In this document: positions 26,501 to 39,140 of the stretch, in pieces | How positions within the stretch are numbered: position 1 is the stretch's first letter | How the letters are laid out: every line of letters begins with the position of its first letter | Source of the DNA: Squalus acanthias | Lineage: Eukaryota | NCBI GenBank assembly: GCA_030390025.1 | Contig: CM059433.1 | Span: forward strand, 17,734,001 to 17,798,000 | Direction: 5' to 3' | DNA: 64,000 nt | The notes under the pieces: generated by a model | Databases searched by the model: none | What the model was told of the DNA's origin: nothing | Seen by the model: the letters and a program-made list of their open reading frames with translations, nothing else | Position numbers and translations under genes: made by a program

Positions 26501-27538
26501 AACAACAGAGGGAAGAAAGCAGTGCAGAAGGTATTAGCAGCATGACATCTGTGCACAAGATCTGCGCAGAATATACTTCACTCTCAAACCCAACTGGCAG
26601 TAACAAGTTAAATCATATTAAAACAAATGAAATATTTAGACATGAAGCACTAAGTGCATGGATGCTTGCCACTAAATATGCTTGTCTGTGGTAGCATGAA
26701 TTTTATATGCTCTGAATATAGAGTAACAGTTGTTCCTTCGCAGTAGATATACCAGTATATTGGGACAGCCTATTGGAACAGATCACTCCATAGTGGCATG
26801 ACCCTTGTGACCTATGATATCACATAAGCTTGAGTGGAAACAGAGACACCGACCTCCTTCTATTTATTCGTTAAAACGAGTAACAAATGTGAATTTTGCA
26901 ACATCTTTCATTTTGTCCTCCAACAATTCTTCCTTTTTATTTGCCTCATAATTCTGCATCAGAACTTTCAAAACAAATTGCTCATCATACTGTTTCAAAA
27001 TTTCTCAAACAGGATTGGTCGGGACTGTCAGTTTAACTTGAAAATCAGGATCCCGATTATTACTAATACATTTCTGTGGAGAGACAGAGAAGGGGAGAGA
27101 CTGCTTTAAAGATGCGAACAATTATTAATCATTTTTAATCATAAATTTGTATCTTTTGTGTTGGTGCTAGCTTCAGAGTTATGGTGGCTGTGAAAGCAAC
27201 TACAAGACTAATTCAATAGAAGGGTTCTGTTACTTTGATAAACCTCTCCAATTCAGTTTGTGTGATTTATAAATGTCAACAGAATCTGTTAGGTTGATTC
27301 CCATCTTCAGCTTCCTCCAGATTATCTGTTACTTTATTTAATGTCTAATGCAATGTGAAAAGATGAAGTCGGTCTCACACACTGTCAGACTGCTTTGTGG
27401 AGGAGAATGCTATTGACAGTTGGAAGCAGAGTTATGATAACATTCGGTAATCCCTCCAAGCTAGTTCCACTGATAACACTAGCACTCACTGTTCAGTCAA
27501 AAACAATTAAAACAACCAAAATAGGCAGGAAAAAAAAT

Positions 27539-28285
27539 GGCCCGTATTTTCCGATCGGAGGCTTCCTGCGTGCGGAGGCCTCCGATCTTGAAAAAATCTA
27601 CGCCCGTTACCTGAGGGCTCCCGCGGTCCGGACACTTCCATTCCTGGGCCTCTCCAACTCAAAATGCGCAGGGCCCACGTATCCCAGGGGCGCATGCAAT
27701 TCGCCAGCGTCCCTGGGATCATGTAGGCCATGGGGAGCCAATAGGAAAAGGGAATCTCCCTTCATACACTTGACAGGTAGACCCGTCAAATATATGAATG
27801 GAGATCACCCCAAAAACACTAAAAAAAAAAAAATTTAAATCACATTTTTAAAATGAGTTGAAATTACAATAAATTAAATATTTTAAACAAAAATTTAATT
27901 TTTTGAAAAAAATAATTAAAGTTTTTTACAGGGCTAAAAGTAAACTTAACATTTTTTAAAAGTATTTTTAAATGATAAATGAGTGAAAAAATTTTTACTT
28001 TTTTTTCAACTCTTATGCTGGTAAAAGCAGGCCTTACGCCTGCTTTTACCAGGTGTAAGATTTCTAAGGGTTTTCTGTGGGCGGAGGTGCTCCAGAAAAC
28101 GGAACTATCCGCCCGCAGAGGCCCTTCTCCAGGGCAGGCGTCTGATCCGTCAAGAGCATTCTTGACAGATCGGAAATGCCGGTTTTCAGCGCATGCACTT
28201 GGCATGCCTGAAACCGGCATTTCCGATGTCCCTACGGGTGTGTACACAGCGCGTACCCACCCGTAGGCATCGGAAAATACGGGCC
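27539..28285 (-). mobile_element. Harbinger-type MITE family A
   Basis: Perfect TIR ggcccgtattttccgat / atcggaaaatacgggcc; AAT TSD. Confidence 0.9.
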
Positions 28286-28367
28286 AATGTTTCAGTTAAC
28301 ATGGGCTACCATATTGTGCACTCTAGCTTTCTGGGCTTAGACTTGATTCGGGCATGTAGTTCATCTG

Positions 28368-28650
28368 AATCATAGAATGTTACATCACAGAAACAGGTCA
28401 TCAAGTCTACACTGGTGTTTTCCTCCACAAGCAATCTAGTCTAATCCCAGTTTCCTGCTGGCTCATATACTCTTTAGTATTCCTCTTTATCAAGCAGCTA
28501 TCTTAATTTCCTTTGAAACAAATTTATGGAATTACTTCAGTAACACTTTGTGGCAGATAATTTTACATTCTAACCATGTTCTGCGTAAAGAATTTTTTTC
28601 TAACCTCCCTTTAATTCTTTTTGTGATTATCTTACATTTGTGTCCTCTTG
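28368..28650 (-). mobile_element. Old CR1 3' end
   Basis: gaatcatagaatgttacatcacagaa tail followed by degenerate CR1 3' sequence. Confidence 0.6.
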
Positions 28651-28800
28651 AATGAGGAAAGTTACTTGGCCTATCTCAGTGAATTTATCCAGAAAGATCC
28701 AGTACCCCCTATTGCAGTGTCCAATTGTTTCTTTAATATCTATTAATACCCATGTCCCCTATACAGTGTGATCATGGCTTCCTCTGGTTTATAAAGTAAA

Positions 28801-29262
28801 AAAGAAAGACTTGCATTTATATCGCGCCTTTCACGACCTCAGAACATCCCAAAGTGCTTTACAGCCAATGAAGTACTTTTGAAGTGTAGTCACTGTTGTA
28901 ATGTAGGAAACATAGCAGCTTATTTGCACACAGCAAGGTCCCACAAACAGTAACGTAATAATGGCCAATAATCTGTTTTTTAGTGATGTTGATTGAGGGG
29001 TAAATATTGGCCAGGACACCAGGGATAACTCCCCTGCTCTTCTTTAAAATAGTGCCATGGGATCTTTTATGTCTATCTGAGAGAGCAGACAGGGCCTCGG
29101 TTTAATGTCTCATTTGAAAGACGGCAACTCTGACAGTGCAGCACTTCTCTCAGCACTGCACTGAAGTGCCAGCCTAGATTTATTGTGCTCAAGTCCCTGG
29201 AGTGGGACTTGAACCCACAACCTTCTGACTCAGAGGCAAGTGTGCTACCCACTGAGCCATGA
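28801..29262 (-). mobile_element. DeuSINE (SacSINE1-like), full length
   Basis: Reverse-complement match including the tRNA head (gggacttgaacccac...cccactgagcca). Confidence 0.88.
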
Positions 29263-29704
29263 TTGTACTGCTCAGTTTTGTTTATACTGTCTATACATTC
29301 TGTTTGCTTTGTTGATTGCTGTTCTGCAGTGGTTGGACATGTTGTGTGTTCAGTCCAGTAACATTACTGGATCTCTTTCAACTTTGTCCTTCGCTCTTTC
29401 AACACATTCATGGAGTCTGTGTGTAACCCATTTCTTTCTGCCTATGTGCAGTACTTTGCACTTGTCTGTGTTAAACTTCATTTGCCGTCATTCTGCCAAT
29501 ATTTTTTCCAACTCATTTGCAATTTCTGAGCTGCCTTCTCAAAATCACTGCCTTTCCTTGTTTGGTATCATCTGCAAACTTTCACCCTTCATAATCTTGA
29601 AGACCTCTATCTGGGCAACCCTCAATTTCTTTTGCTGTAATGAAAAAAAGAATTAACTTCTGAAGTCTTTCTTCATAACTGTAATCCCTCATCCTTGATA
29701 ACAT

Positions 29705-30093
29705 TGAGCACATAATCCAGGCTGACACTCCAGTGCAGTACTGAGGGAACTCTGCACAGTAGGAGGTGCCCTCTTTGAGATGAGACGTTAAACCGTGACC
29801 CCGTCTGCCCTCTCAAGTGGGCGTAAAAGATACCATTGCTCTATTCAAAGAAGAACAGGGGAGTTCTGCACAGTGTCATGGTAAATTTTTATCCCTCAAC
29901 CAACATCATCAAAACAGATTATCTGGTCATTATCTCATTGCTGTTTGTGGGACCTTGCTGTGCACAAATTGGTTGCCGCGTTTCCTATATTACAACAGTG
30001 ACTACACTTCAACAAAGTACTTCATTGGTTGTAAAGAACTTTGGGGCATACTGAGGTCGTGAAAGGCGTTATATAAATGCAAATCTTTCTTTC
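29705..30093 (+). mobile_element. DeuSINE (SacSINE1-like), 5' truncated
   Basis: Matches 335-735. Confidence 0.85.
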
Positions 30094-30619
30094 TATGTTA
30101 TTTCAAACATTTTAATCCAGGTACCACAGCCAAACCTCTTCATTTCAGCTAATACACCCAGAATTCCCTTTAAAAAAAAATAAAGCACAAAACCAGCCCG
30201 AATGTTAGGTAGTGATTGATTTTCGCACTGTAACTTCGGGAACTACGCAGCCATTTTTCATGATGTGAGATGTTTGGACTCTTTCATTCTAATGTGATTC
30301 AAATTACAGCCCTTCAGTGATTTAATCTGTTAGATTTATCATCCTTTCTCATTTGCAAACCACATACCTGCACCACCCTGACCTTGATTTCCCAATGGCC
30401 AATTCATTTTGTTAGGCTGCTGTTGGCGTTATGATTGGAAAACCTCGTTCCCAATGTCCCACAATCAGACTGTAAGCATGTGGTCATTATGGCCATCACA
30501 ACTGTTGATTAAGACCGTGCATTACTGTATAGGATTGCCTAAAAATGAGAAGTTAAGACATCCCCAACCCTCCCACCACTACCCACCCCCATTCTGAAAG
30601 GTAGTAGAATACTATATTG

Positions 30620-32485
30620 ATTTGGAGAGGTTTAAGCTAATTAAGGAGAACCAACACGGGTTTGTAAAAGGAAGATCGTGTTTGACTAATCTAATTGAAT
30701 TTTTTGATGAAGTAACAGAGAGGATTAATGAAGGGAATGCAATGGATGTTGTCTACATGGATTTTCGGAAGGCGTTTGACAAAATACCACATAGAAGGCT
30801 GGTTAACAAAATTGAGGCTCATGGAATAGGTAGCTTGGATAGGGAATTGGCTTAAGGACAGAAAACAGCGAGTTGTGGTAAATAGCTGTTTTTCAGACTG
30901 GAGGATGGTAGACAGTGGTGTTCCCCAAGAGTCAGTGCTGGGGTTACTGCTTTTTTTGATATATATAAATGACCTGGATATTGGAATACAGAGTAGAATT
31001 TCTAAATTTGCCAATGACTCCAAACTTGGAGGTGTAGCAAACAGTGATGATGATATCAATAGACTGCAACAGGACATAGAAAGGCGAGCAGAATGGGCAG
31101 ACAAGTGGCAGATGGAATTTAATACAGAGAAGTGTGAGGTGATGCATTTTGGCAGAAGGAACAGGGAGAGGCAATATACACTTAATGGCACAGTTTTAAA
31201 GAGTGTGTAGGGACAGAGGGACCTGGGAGTTAATGTGCATAGGTCCCTGAAGGTGGCAGGACATATTGAGAAAGTGGTTAACAAAGCATATGGGATCTTG
31301 GGCTTCATAAATAGAGGTATTGAGTACAAAAGTAGAGAAGTTATGCTGAACCTTTATAAAGCGCTGGTTAGGCCACAACTGGAGTATTGCGTCCAGTTCT
31401 GGTCACCACACTTTAGGAAGGATGTGAAGGCCCTTGAGAGGGTGCAGAGGAGATTTACCAGAATGGTTCCGGGATGGGGGATCTTAGCTACAAGGACAGG
31501 TTGGTGAAGCTGGATTTGTTTTCATTAGAGCAAAGGAGGTTCAGGGGTGATTTGATAGAGGTGTACAAGATTATGATGGGTTTGGATAGTCTAGACGGGG
31601 AAAGGCTGTTCCCACTAGTTGATGGTACAAGGACTAGGGGACACAGATTTAAGGTTTTGGGCAAGAGATACAGGGGGGATGTGAGGAAAAACTTTTTTAC
31701 ACAGCGAGTGGTGAGGACAGTTTTGGTCGCCTCATCTGAGGAAAGATGTTCTTGCCATGGAGGGGGTGCAGCGGCGATTCACCAGGCTGATACCAGGAAT
31801 GGCGGGATTGACCTATGAGGAGAGACTATGTAGTTTAGGGATGTACACACTGGAGTTTAGAAGATTGAGAGGGGACCTCATAGAAGTGTATAAAATTCTG
31901 ACAGGTCTAGACAGACTAGATGCAGAAGGAATGTTTCCCTTGGCGGGTGAGAACAGAACTAGAGGACATAATTTAAGGATAAGGGCTAAACCATTTAGGA
32001 CAGAAATGAGGGGGAATTTCTTCACTCAGAGGGTGGTGAACCTGTGGAACTCATTGCCACAGAGGGCAGTGTACGCCAGCTCATTAAATATATTTAAGAG
32101 GGAATTAGATGTATTTCTACAGGCAAAAGGGGTTAAGGGTTACGGAGAGAAGGCGGGGACGGGATACTGAATTGGAGGATCAGCCATGATCTCATTAAAT
32201 GGCGGAGCAGGCTCGAAGGGCCGGATGGCCTACTCCTGCTCCTATCTTCTATGTATCTATGTATCTATGACCTGGAACTCGCTGCCAATGGAAGTGGTGG
32301 AAGAGGAGACACTCAATGTTTTCAAGGGGAGACTGGATAGGCACTTGAGGGAAATAAACTTGCAGGGCTACGGGGATAAAGCAGGGTAATGGGACTGACT
32401 GGATTGCTCTACAGAGAGCCGGCACGGACTTGCTGGGCCGAATGGCCTCCTTCTGTGCCGTTATGACACTATGACGCTATATGAC
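30620..32485 (+). mobile_element. CR1 LINE ORF2 3' portion (RT) with a nested CR1
   Basis: QHGFVKGRSCLTNL, DVVYMDFRKAFDK, SGVPQESVLG, KFAND; frameshifts and stops; (ctatgac)n tail. Confidence 0.95.
31719..32268 (+). mobile_element. CR1 3' fragment of a different subfamily nested in CR1
   Basis: Breaks the host at gtggtgaggac|...|gacctggaactc (gac duplicated); has its own (tatgtatc)n tail; ORF 31757-32170. Confidence 0.9.
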
Positions 32486-32536
32486 AGGAGCTTAACACAG
32501 CCTTGGTGGCAGCAAGACATTCATGAGTAGTTAGAG

Positions 32537-33680
32537 TGAAGGGATATTTACTAGTCCTAGCCCCTTTAGGGCTACCCCGGATCAGGCTTATTTCTCAGAC
32601 GTTAACTTTCAACTAAAGTTTGAGATAGCCGAATCCTAAAGACGCTTAATTGGGTCTAAAGGTCCGAGCTATCTCTCCCTAAAGGAAAGAAACAACCCGA
32701 GAATGTTACCGTCCTCCAGATAGCGCTTTTAATAAGTTTAGCTAGACTGTAACGTCCCGGATATTATTAGGGTCCGGAAAACTCCCCCAGAAATGTAACT
32801 CTTCACCAAAGAGTGTTCAGAGATTGAGTTCACGAGTTTTTGATACAGAAGACTTATGTGAGACAATTCTAAAAATATATAGAGATTTATTAAAAGAACT
32901 GACATGCAATTCACAGTTGTTGAATCAGCCAATCGCAACTTTAACAGTTCTAAAAAGAGAAAACATACGATCTTTTTAACAGAGAATCTTACTTTTAAAT
33001 CTTAACTTCACTACAGTATTACAGTTCTTAAAGTTTTCTTATACAGGATATCCATCAATATCGAATACCTTTGATCCTTGAGGTACAAAGAGTTGGAGAC
33101 TGCAGAGCCACCTCTGAAACCGAGAATCGCTTTGCCCAATTAAAGCGAGTCTGATATCCCATTTGAGAGTTCAATATTTATACCCTTTTCCAGTGGTATT
33201 TCCTTTAAGGATTTCTGCTGATGCAAGTTAATTATCTCTATTCATCTTTCTGCCGACCTCTGCAATTCTTACTGCTACATCAGCCAGAATCTTGTCTCAT
33301 CTCCAGATGTTCTAGGGTCACCATATAAAAATGGTGTGAAAGGCAGGTGTTCCTTATTTTATGTCATCTTTACGAGGGCAGATGTTCCATATCTTATGTG
33401 CCATCTTTACAAAGTTTAAATTAGAACACCTTATCCAGGGTGAACCATTGTTTTTGTTGCCAAAAGGTCAGCTTGTTGGAGCTATGTACCTTCTGTTTCA
33501 ATAAGGTTATTTATTCAGGGTCAACAACTGTCTTATCGCAATAGCCAGAATTCTTTCATAGCTATTTCATAGTTAGGTTTCTAAATTTCCAAACCCAGTT
33601 TGTCATGTTTTAATAAGGCCAGAATTCTTTCATAAGATAGTGTATTTTTCTAAATAGGTTATATGGCTTATTCCTTCACA
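32537..33680 (-). mobile_element. Solo LTR (~1.14 kb)
   Basis: Short terminal inverted repeats tgaagggata / tattccttcaca; 4-bp TSD agag; minus-strand TATAAA at ~33180 and AATAAA at ~32888. Confidence 0.8.
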
Positions 33681-33731
33681 AGAGCACTGGAATAAATTAT
33701 ATGAAATTACGGTGGTGTTTCTAATGCTCAC

Positions 33732-33873
33732 TGACATGAATCTTGTCATTCATGTATGAAGTAATACTGGGCGGCCTGCTGGGCCCATGCCCGAGTATTT
33801 ATACTCTCCCTGGACAGCGCCACCAGCAGGCCGCCCAGTATTACTTCATACATGAATGACAAGATTCATGTCA
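33732..33873. repeat. Perfect inverted repeat, 51-bp arms with a 40-nt spacer
   Basis: 33732-33782 is the exact reverse complement of 33823-33873. Confidence 0.95.
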
Positions 33874-34182
33874 CTCACCAAGCATTGTTTCGAGCAGCTG
33901 CAGCTGTACTATTTCCACTCAATAGTATGAGTGTCCTCGTTGATCTACAAGCCACCCATTAATGCTCACTCACTCAAGTTGTATCATGGTTAGTATAGAC
34001 ACCAGGTATTATGAAACCAATATTTAACGATCCGATGTAACTTAAAAATGATTGCAATAAAAATAATTAACAAAAGAGCTTTAATTTAAGGCAGAAGTAC
34101 AGCCATCTGAAAGACATTGTATGCTATCACCAATGTGAGAATAGAGGATCAGTGTACAGAATAAAGAAGACTATCTTTCAGT

Positions 34183-35730
34183 TAACAACAACAACTTGCA
34201 TTTATATAGCACCTTTAACGCAGTAAAACGTCCCAAGGCACTTCACAGGAGCGTTATCAAACAAAATTTGACACTGAGTCACATAAGGAGATATTGGTCA
34301 CGGAGGTAGGTTTTAAGGACCATCTTAAAGAAGGTGTAGAGATTCGCGTATCTCTGGTAAACAGGATCGAGTGCAAACCAATATGGTGGGTATATTGTGT
34401 TCAATCGGAGTTTAGGACGGAATGTAACACACTAGTAATACAGCAAAGACATTCGACTGTGACAAGTAGCTGATACCGGACCTGTTCGGACAGACGGCTG
34501 GCGCGCGTGAACAGTTCTCTGGCTTGCGGCCTCTCTCCCTATCATCTGGAACCTCCGAGTTGGTGAGCATGGGATCACTCTCGAAAGAGCGCTCAACCAG
34601 CCCAACTTTTGTTTAGCTCTTCCCTCCACCTTCTGCGTGGGCAAGCCCTCAGGGTGTTACTTTTATTCTCTTTTTAGGTGTGGGCCTGAGGCCAGATTAT
34701 TGACAAGACCATTTAACCTATAGAGGGTCCCCTGAAACCTCAGTACCCAATTGGGCATCGAGTTCTTTGTCTCAATAAAGGGGTCTCATGATCTCAGCCA
34801 ATTTATCTTTCTTGTTTTTACATTTTGAAGGTTCCTCCATTGGAATTTGTCCTATCTCCCTGTTACAATTGGTACTAGGCCTGGCCTTGTCCCCTTTTAA
34901 TCATGAGGCCCAAGCCAGAGCTGTCCCCCTCCAGCCAGTCGTTATCTCACTTTCATCTAGCAAACTGCTTCATCTTGAGATGCATACTTTAACTCCCCCA
35001 AATTCCTTTTATTCTATGTCTTTCTACACTAATTAACTTTTAATTATCTTCACAAGTAGTTCTGCTGAACAAACTCCAAATTCTACCTGAGCATTATAAT
35101 ATGGTTATTAGTAATAATGGAAGAAACATAGGTTGGGCCTTCATTGGCCAAATTAAAGATACATTAACAAAGTCAAAACCCTAACTTACAAACAACAGAT
35201 ATAACAGGCAAGGCCATCTTGTGGGCCCCTGTGTGGAATGTTTATTATGCCTCACCTAATCTAACTAACTGAAGACATTTTGTCTCAAATTCTAATACGA
35301 GCTTTCAGGAAAACGAAACTTATACATTAACCCCTTACTTGTCTCGAGCAGAAACATACAATCATTTAAACACAGTATTATTTGCGTAGCCATATACATT
35401 TTTAGACACCCCTAGTTTCTAACAGAGGAAAGAGAGGCGAAGAGGCTTCGGGAGGGAATTTCAGAGCTTCGGGCCCAGGCAGCTGAAGGCACGACCGCCA
35501 GTGGTGGAGGGATTAAAATCGGGGATGCACAAGAGGCCAGAATTGGAGGAGCGCAGATATCGCAGAGGGTTGTAGGGCTAGAGGAGATTGCAGAGATAGG
35601 GAGGGGTGAGACCATGGAGGCATTTGAAAACAAGGATGAGAATTTTAAAATTGAGGCATTGCTTAACTGGGAGCCACTGTAGGTCAGCGAGCACAGGTGT
35701 GATGGGTGAACGGGACTTGGTGTGAGTCGG
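34183..35730 (-). mobile_element. L2-type LINE 3' end split by a solo LTR
   Basis: (aac)n tail at 34183; L2-like sequence resumes at 35425; same family as 54030-54357. Confidence 0.8.
34335..35424 (-). mobile_element. Solo LTR (~1.09 kb) inserted in an L2 fragment
   Basis: TG...CA ends (tgtagaga / ttctaaca); TSD aagg/gagg; interrupts collinear L2 sequence; strand assignment weaker than for the other two LTRs. Confidence 0.72.
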
Positions 35731-35889
35731 TCTGTTGTTAACTATTTCTGGTTCCATATACTAATGTTCTGTCCTTCTTATTGAACATTAGTGGTCAGTT
35801 GACAGATACTGCAAGATGCCAGTTCATCTTTCCCACACCTAGGAATCTGTTCATTCTGCTTTTGGCTTGTCTACTGGGCATTTAACAAA

Positions 35890-36450
35890 ATTAATTCTTG
35901 GGATGTGGGCACCACTGGCAAGACCAGCATTTATTGCCCATTTCTAGTTTAGTTTCCCTGAGATGGTGATCGCAAGCCTTCTTCTTGAACTGTTGAGTCC
36001 GTGTGTTAAAGGTGTTTCCACAGTGCTGTTAGGTAGGGAGCTCCAGGAGTTTGACCCAGCGACAATGAAGGAATGGCGACATATGTCAGGATGGTGTGTG
36101 ACTTTGAGGGAAACTTGGAGATGGTATTCCTACGCACCTGCTGTCCTTGTCCTTCTGGGTGGTGGAAGTCACGGGTTTTGAGAGGTGTTGCCGAACAAGC
36201 CTTGGCAATTTGTTGCAGTGCATCCTGCAGATAGTGCACACTGCAGCCACAGTATGCCTGGCCGGGGGGGGGGGGGGGGGCGGTGGGGATGTGGGCGGGA
36301 TGATTAGGCTAGTGGATGAGGTGCCAATCAAGCGGGCTGCTTTGTCCTGGATGGTGTCGAGCTTCTTGAGTATTGAAGATGTACCCATCCAAGCAAGTGG
36401 AGACTGTTCCATCACACCCCTGCCTTATGTCTTGTAGGTGGCGGAGAGGA
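35890..36450 (-). mobile_element. LINE 3' fragment (L2/CR1 group)
   Basis: LKKLDTIQDKAARLIG...HTVAAVCTICRMHC; same tail family as 18868. Confidence 0.85.
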
Positions 36451-36519
36451 TTTACAGAGACTGCTCGTTACCTATCACCAGCTATAAAAGCAGATAGAAT
36501 CACAAATTGTAACTATCGC

Positions 36520-37585
36520 AACAATGCTCGGTGGCAGTGAGTAAAGCAAATCAGTTGTTGGGTTCTATTAAAAGGTTAATACGGAGCCGAAGTAGGGAGG
36601 CAATCTTGCCACTTTATAAATCATTGGTTAGACCGCACTTAGAATACCTTCTTCTTAGGCAGTCCCTTGGAACCAAGGATGACTTGCTTCCACATTAAAA
36701 ATGAGTTCGCAGGTGACTGATGAGTCCAATGCGGGACCTACAGTCTCTGTCACAGGTGGGGCAGACAGTGGTTGAAGAGGCGGGTGGGTGGGATGCTTGG
36801 GTTGACGTGCGCTCCTTGCGCTGCCTGCGCTTGGCTTCCGCTTGCTCCTGGCGAAGAGACTCGAGGTGTTCGGCACCTTCCCGGATGCTTCTCCTCCACT
36901 TTGTGCGGTCTTGGGCCAGGGATTCCCAGGTGTCGGTGGGGATGTTACACTTTTTCAAGGAGGCTTTGAGGGTGTCCTTGAAGCGTTTCCTCTGCCCACC
37001 TGGGGCTCTCTTGCCGTGTCGGAGCTCCGAGTAGAGTGCTTGTTTTGGGAGTCTCGTATTGGGCATGCGGACAATGTGACCCGTCCATCGGAGCTGATCG
37101 AGCGTGGTCAAAGCTTCGATGCTGGGGATGTTGGCCTGAGCAAGAACACTGATGTTGGTGCGCCTATCCTGCCAATGGATTTGCAGGATCTTGCGGAGGC
37201 AGCGTTGGTGGTACCTCTCCAGTGCTTTGAGGTGCCTGCTGCACATGGTCCATGTCTCTGAGGCATACAGCAGGGCGGGTATCACTGCTGCTCTGTAGAC
37301 CATGAGCTTAGTGCCGGGTTTGAGGTCCTGGTCTTCAAACACTCTCTCTGTTTGAAGAATACTTTATACAGTTCTGGTGGCCGCAGTACAGAAAGGATAT
37401 TGCAGCTATTGAAAGAAGAGAGTAACCGGAATGATTGAGGGAATGGACGGTTTGTATTATGAGGAGTAAGTATGTGAATTGGGCATGTTCTCACTGGAAA
37501 AGAGATGGTTGAAGGTGATATGACAGCTGTTTTTAGGATTCTAAGGGGACTAGACCATTGCAAGCTATTTCACCTTGTCCAGGAC
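36520..37585 (+). mobile_element. Old CR1 fragment hosting the RTE insertion
   Basis: LYKSLVRPHLEY before the RTE and tttatacagttctgg after it. Confidence 0.7.
36648..37355 (-). mobile_element. RTE-clade (BovB/RTE-1-like) LINE 3' fragment
   Basis: Uninterrupted 215-aa ORF (LLYASETW, QLRWTGHIVRM, C2H2-type CPTCDRDCRSRIGLISHLRTH); (aag)n tail; TSD agaatac. Confidence 0.92.
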
Positions 37586-38409
37586 AGTGCTTTTAATGCC
37601 TGCCCAGATGTTTATCACTACGGGTACCTAGGTTTAATGTGGGCTCTACCTATTTTATTTCATCGCTAGTAAGCTGCCTGCCATAACGATGGACTCTCAA
37701 ATCTTCAACAGCATCAGGGAAAACTGATAATTTGCTATTTGCATACTGGAGTACTGGGCTAAGCAACTCCAGATCACGACGGCCTTTTCTCATTATTGTT
37801 CCGAGAAACGCTGGTATATTCCGTAATGTTTAGGTCAGTACAATGTAGCTTTCAACATCAAAAATAACTCACCTTTCCCTGCCCCTCCCTTTCCAAGGTG
37901 ATATTTCTGCTTTCCACCCTTTAAAGCCCTCGAGCTCTCAGAACAGAATTCGGCACCAAATTGAGGGCAGTCTGCAACTGTGAACCTACACCCACGGCAT
38001 CATAATTCATTCAACTCATGATCTTTTTAATAATAAGGCAGCCTTCATTTCTCTGAACTGCTCTTTGAGTTGTACTCTCTCATTCGTCCTTGCTAACGAG
38101 GTTGAAGTAGTTGCGTTGGCGCAGTTTCAGTGTTTTTTTCGGTTGTTCGCTAACTGAAAAGGAAATATTGTCGCCATCGTGAAGAAAAAAATTCCAGAGA
38201 GAAAGGAGGGGAGGAGGGTGGTGAAGGAAAAGAAAATCTGTGCCAGAAAAACTCAAGTCTTCCTCAGTAGCACAAGAGTGACAGCGTTGATTCTATCGGC
38301 GATCTTCTTTGTAAAATTTGCACAATGCTTTTAGCGGAGGTTTGTCCTACAGCTCCTGAAAAGGGCGGTGCTCCCTTGGTGCGGCCCCTGCAACAGCCCC
38401 CTCCAACTC

Positions 38410-38760
38410 TACAACCTCAACGTTGTCTACCTGATTCGTTGCAGGAAAGGATGCCCCAGAGCATGGTACATCGGCGAGACCATGCAGACACTGAGACAAC
38501 GTATGAACGGACACCGCGCAACAATCACCAGGCAGAAGTGTTCCCTCCCAGTCGGGGAACACTTCAGCAGTCAAGGACATTCAGCCTCGGATCTGCGGGT
38601 AAGCGTTCTCCAAGGCGGCCTTCGAGACACACGACAACGCAAAATCATCGAGCAGAAACTGATAGCCAAGTACCGCACTCATGAGGACGGCCTCAACCGG
38701 GATCTAGGGTTCATGTCACGCTACATGACGTAGAGTCATCCAGACTCGAGTCGTCGTTGG
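38410..38760 (+). mobile_element. Penelope-like element, GIY-YIG endonuclease fragment
   Basis: NVVYLIRCRKGC...YIGETMQTLRQRMNGH...PVGEHF...EQKLI...GLNRD. Confidence 0.9.
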
Positions 38761-38964
38761 CTTGTTCACAGATATGATTTCCAGTAAAAAAAAGTAAAAA
38801 TTTTAAAGTTTATGGTTTTCCATACAGACTGCATCATTTGTCACATTAGACCCCCTGTGACCTCATTGTCTCAGTTGTATCTTGCTCTGTCTTTGATGTG
38901 GTGTCTTCCTGGCTGACCTGATTGTTTTTCTGCCGAGGTGTGACGAAAGGCAGTCAGGAGGATT

Positions 38965-39140
38965 AAATGTAGTCGTCTGACATTGTACGCTACACATGCA
39001 TTGTTCTCTGTCTATATATGCTTTGTCGATTCGTATTCCTTTACTTCACCTGACGAAGGGGCAGCAGCTCCAAAAGCTTGTGATTTCAAATAAAACTGTT
39101 GGACTATAACCTGGTGTTGTGCGACTTCTCACTTTTGACA
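38965..39140 (+). mobile_element. Penelope terminal repeat with a decayed hammerhead core
   Basis: cctgacgaaggggcagcagctccaaaagcttgtg...aataaaactgttggactataacctgg; homologous to 58707-58837. Confidence 0.75.

Noticed and set aside
30691..31329. 212-aa minus-strand ORF (similarly 56138-56722)
   Set aside because: Antisense shadow frame of CR1 ORF2
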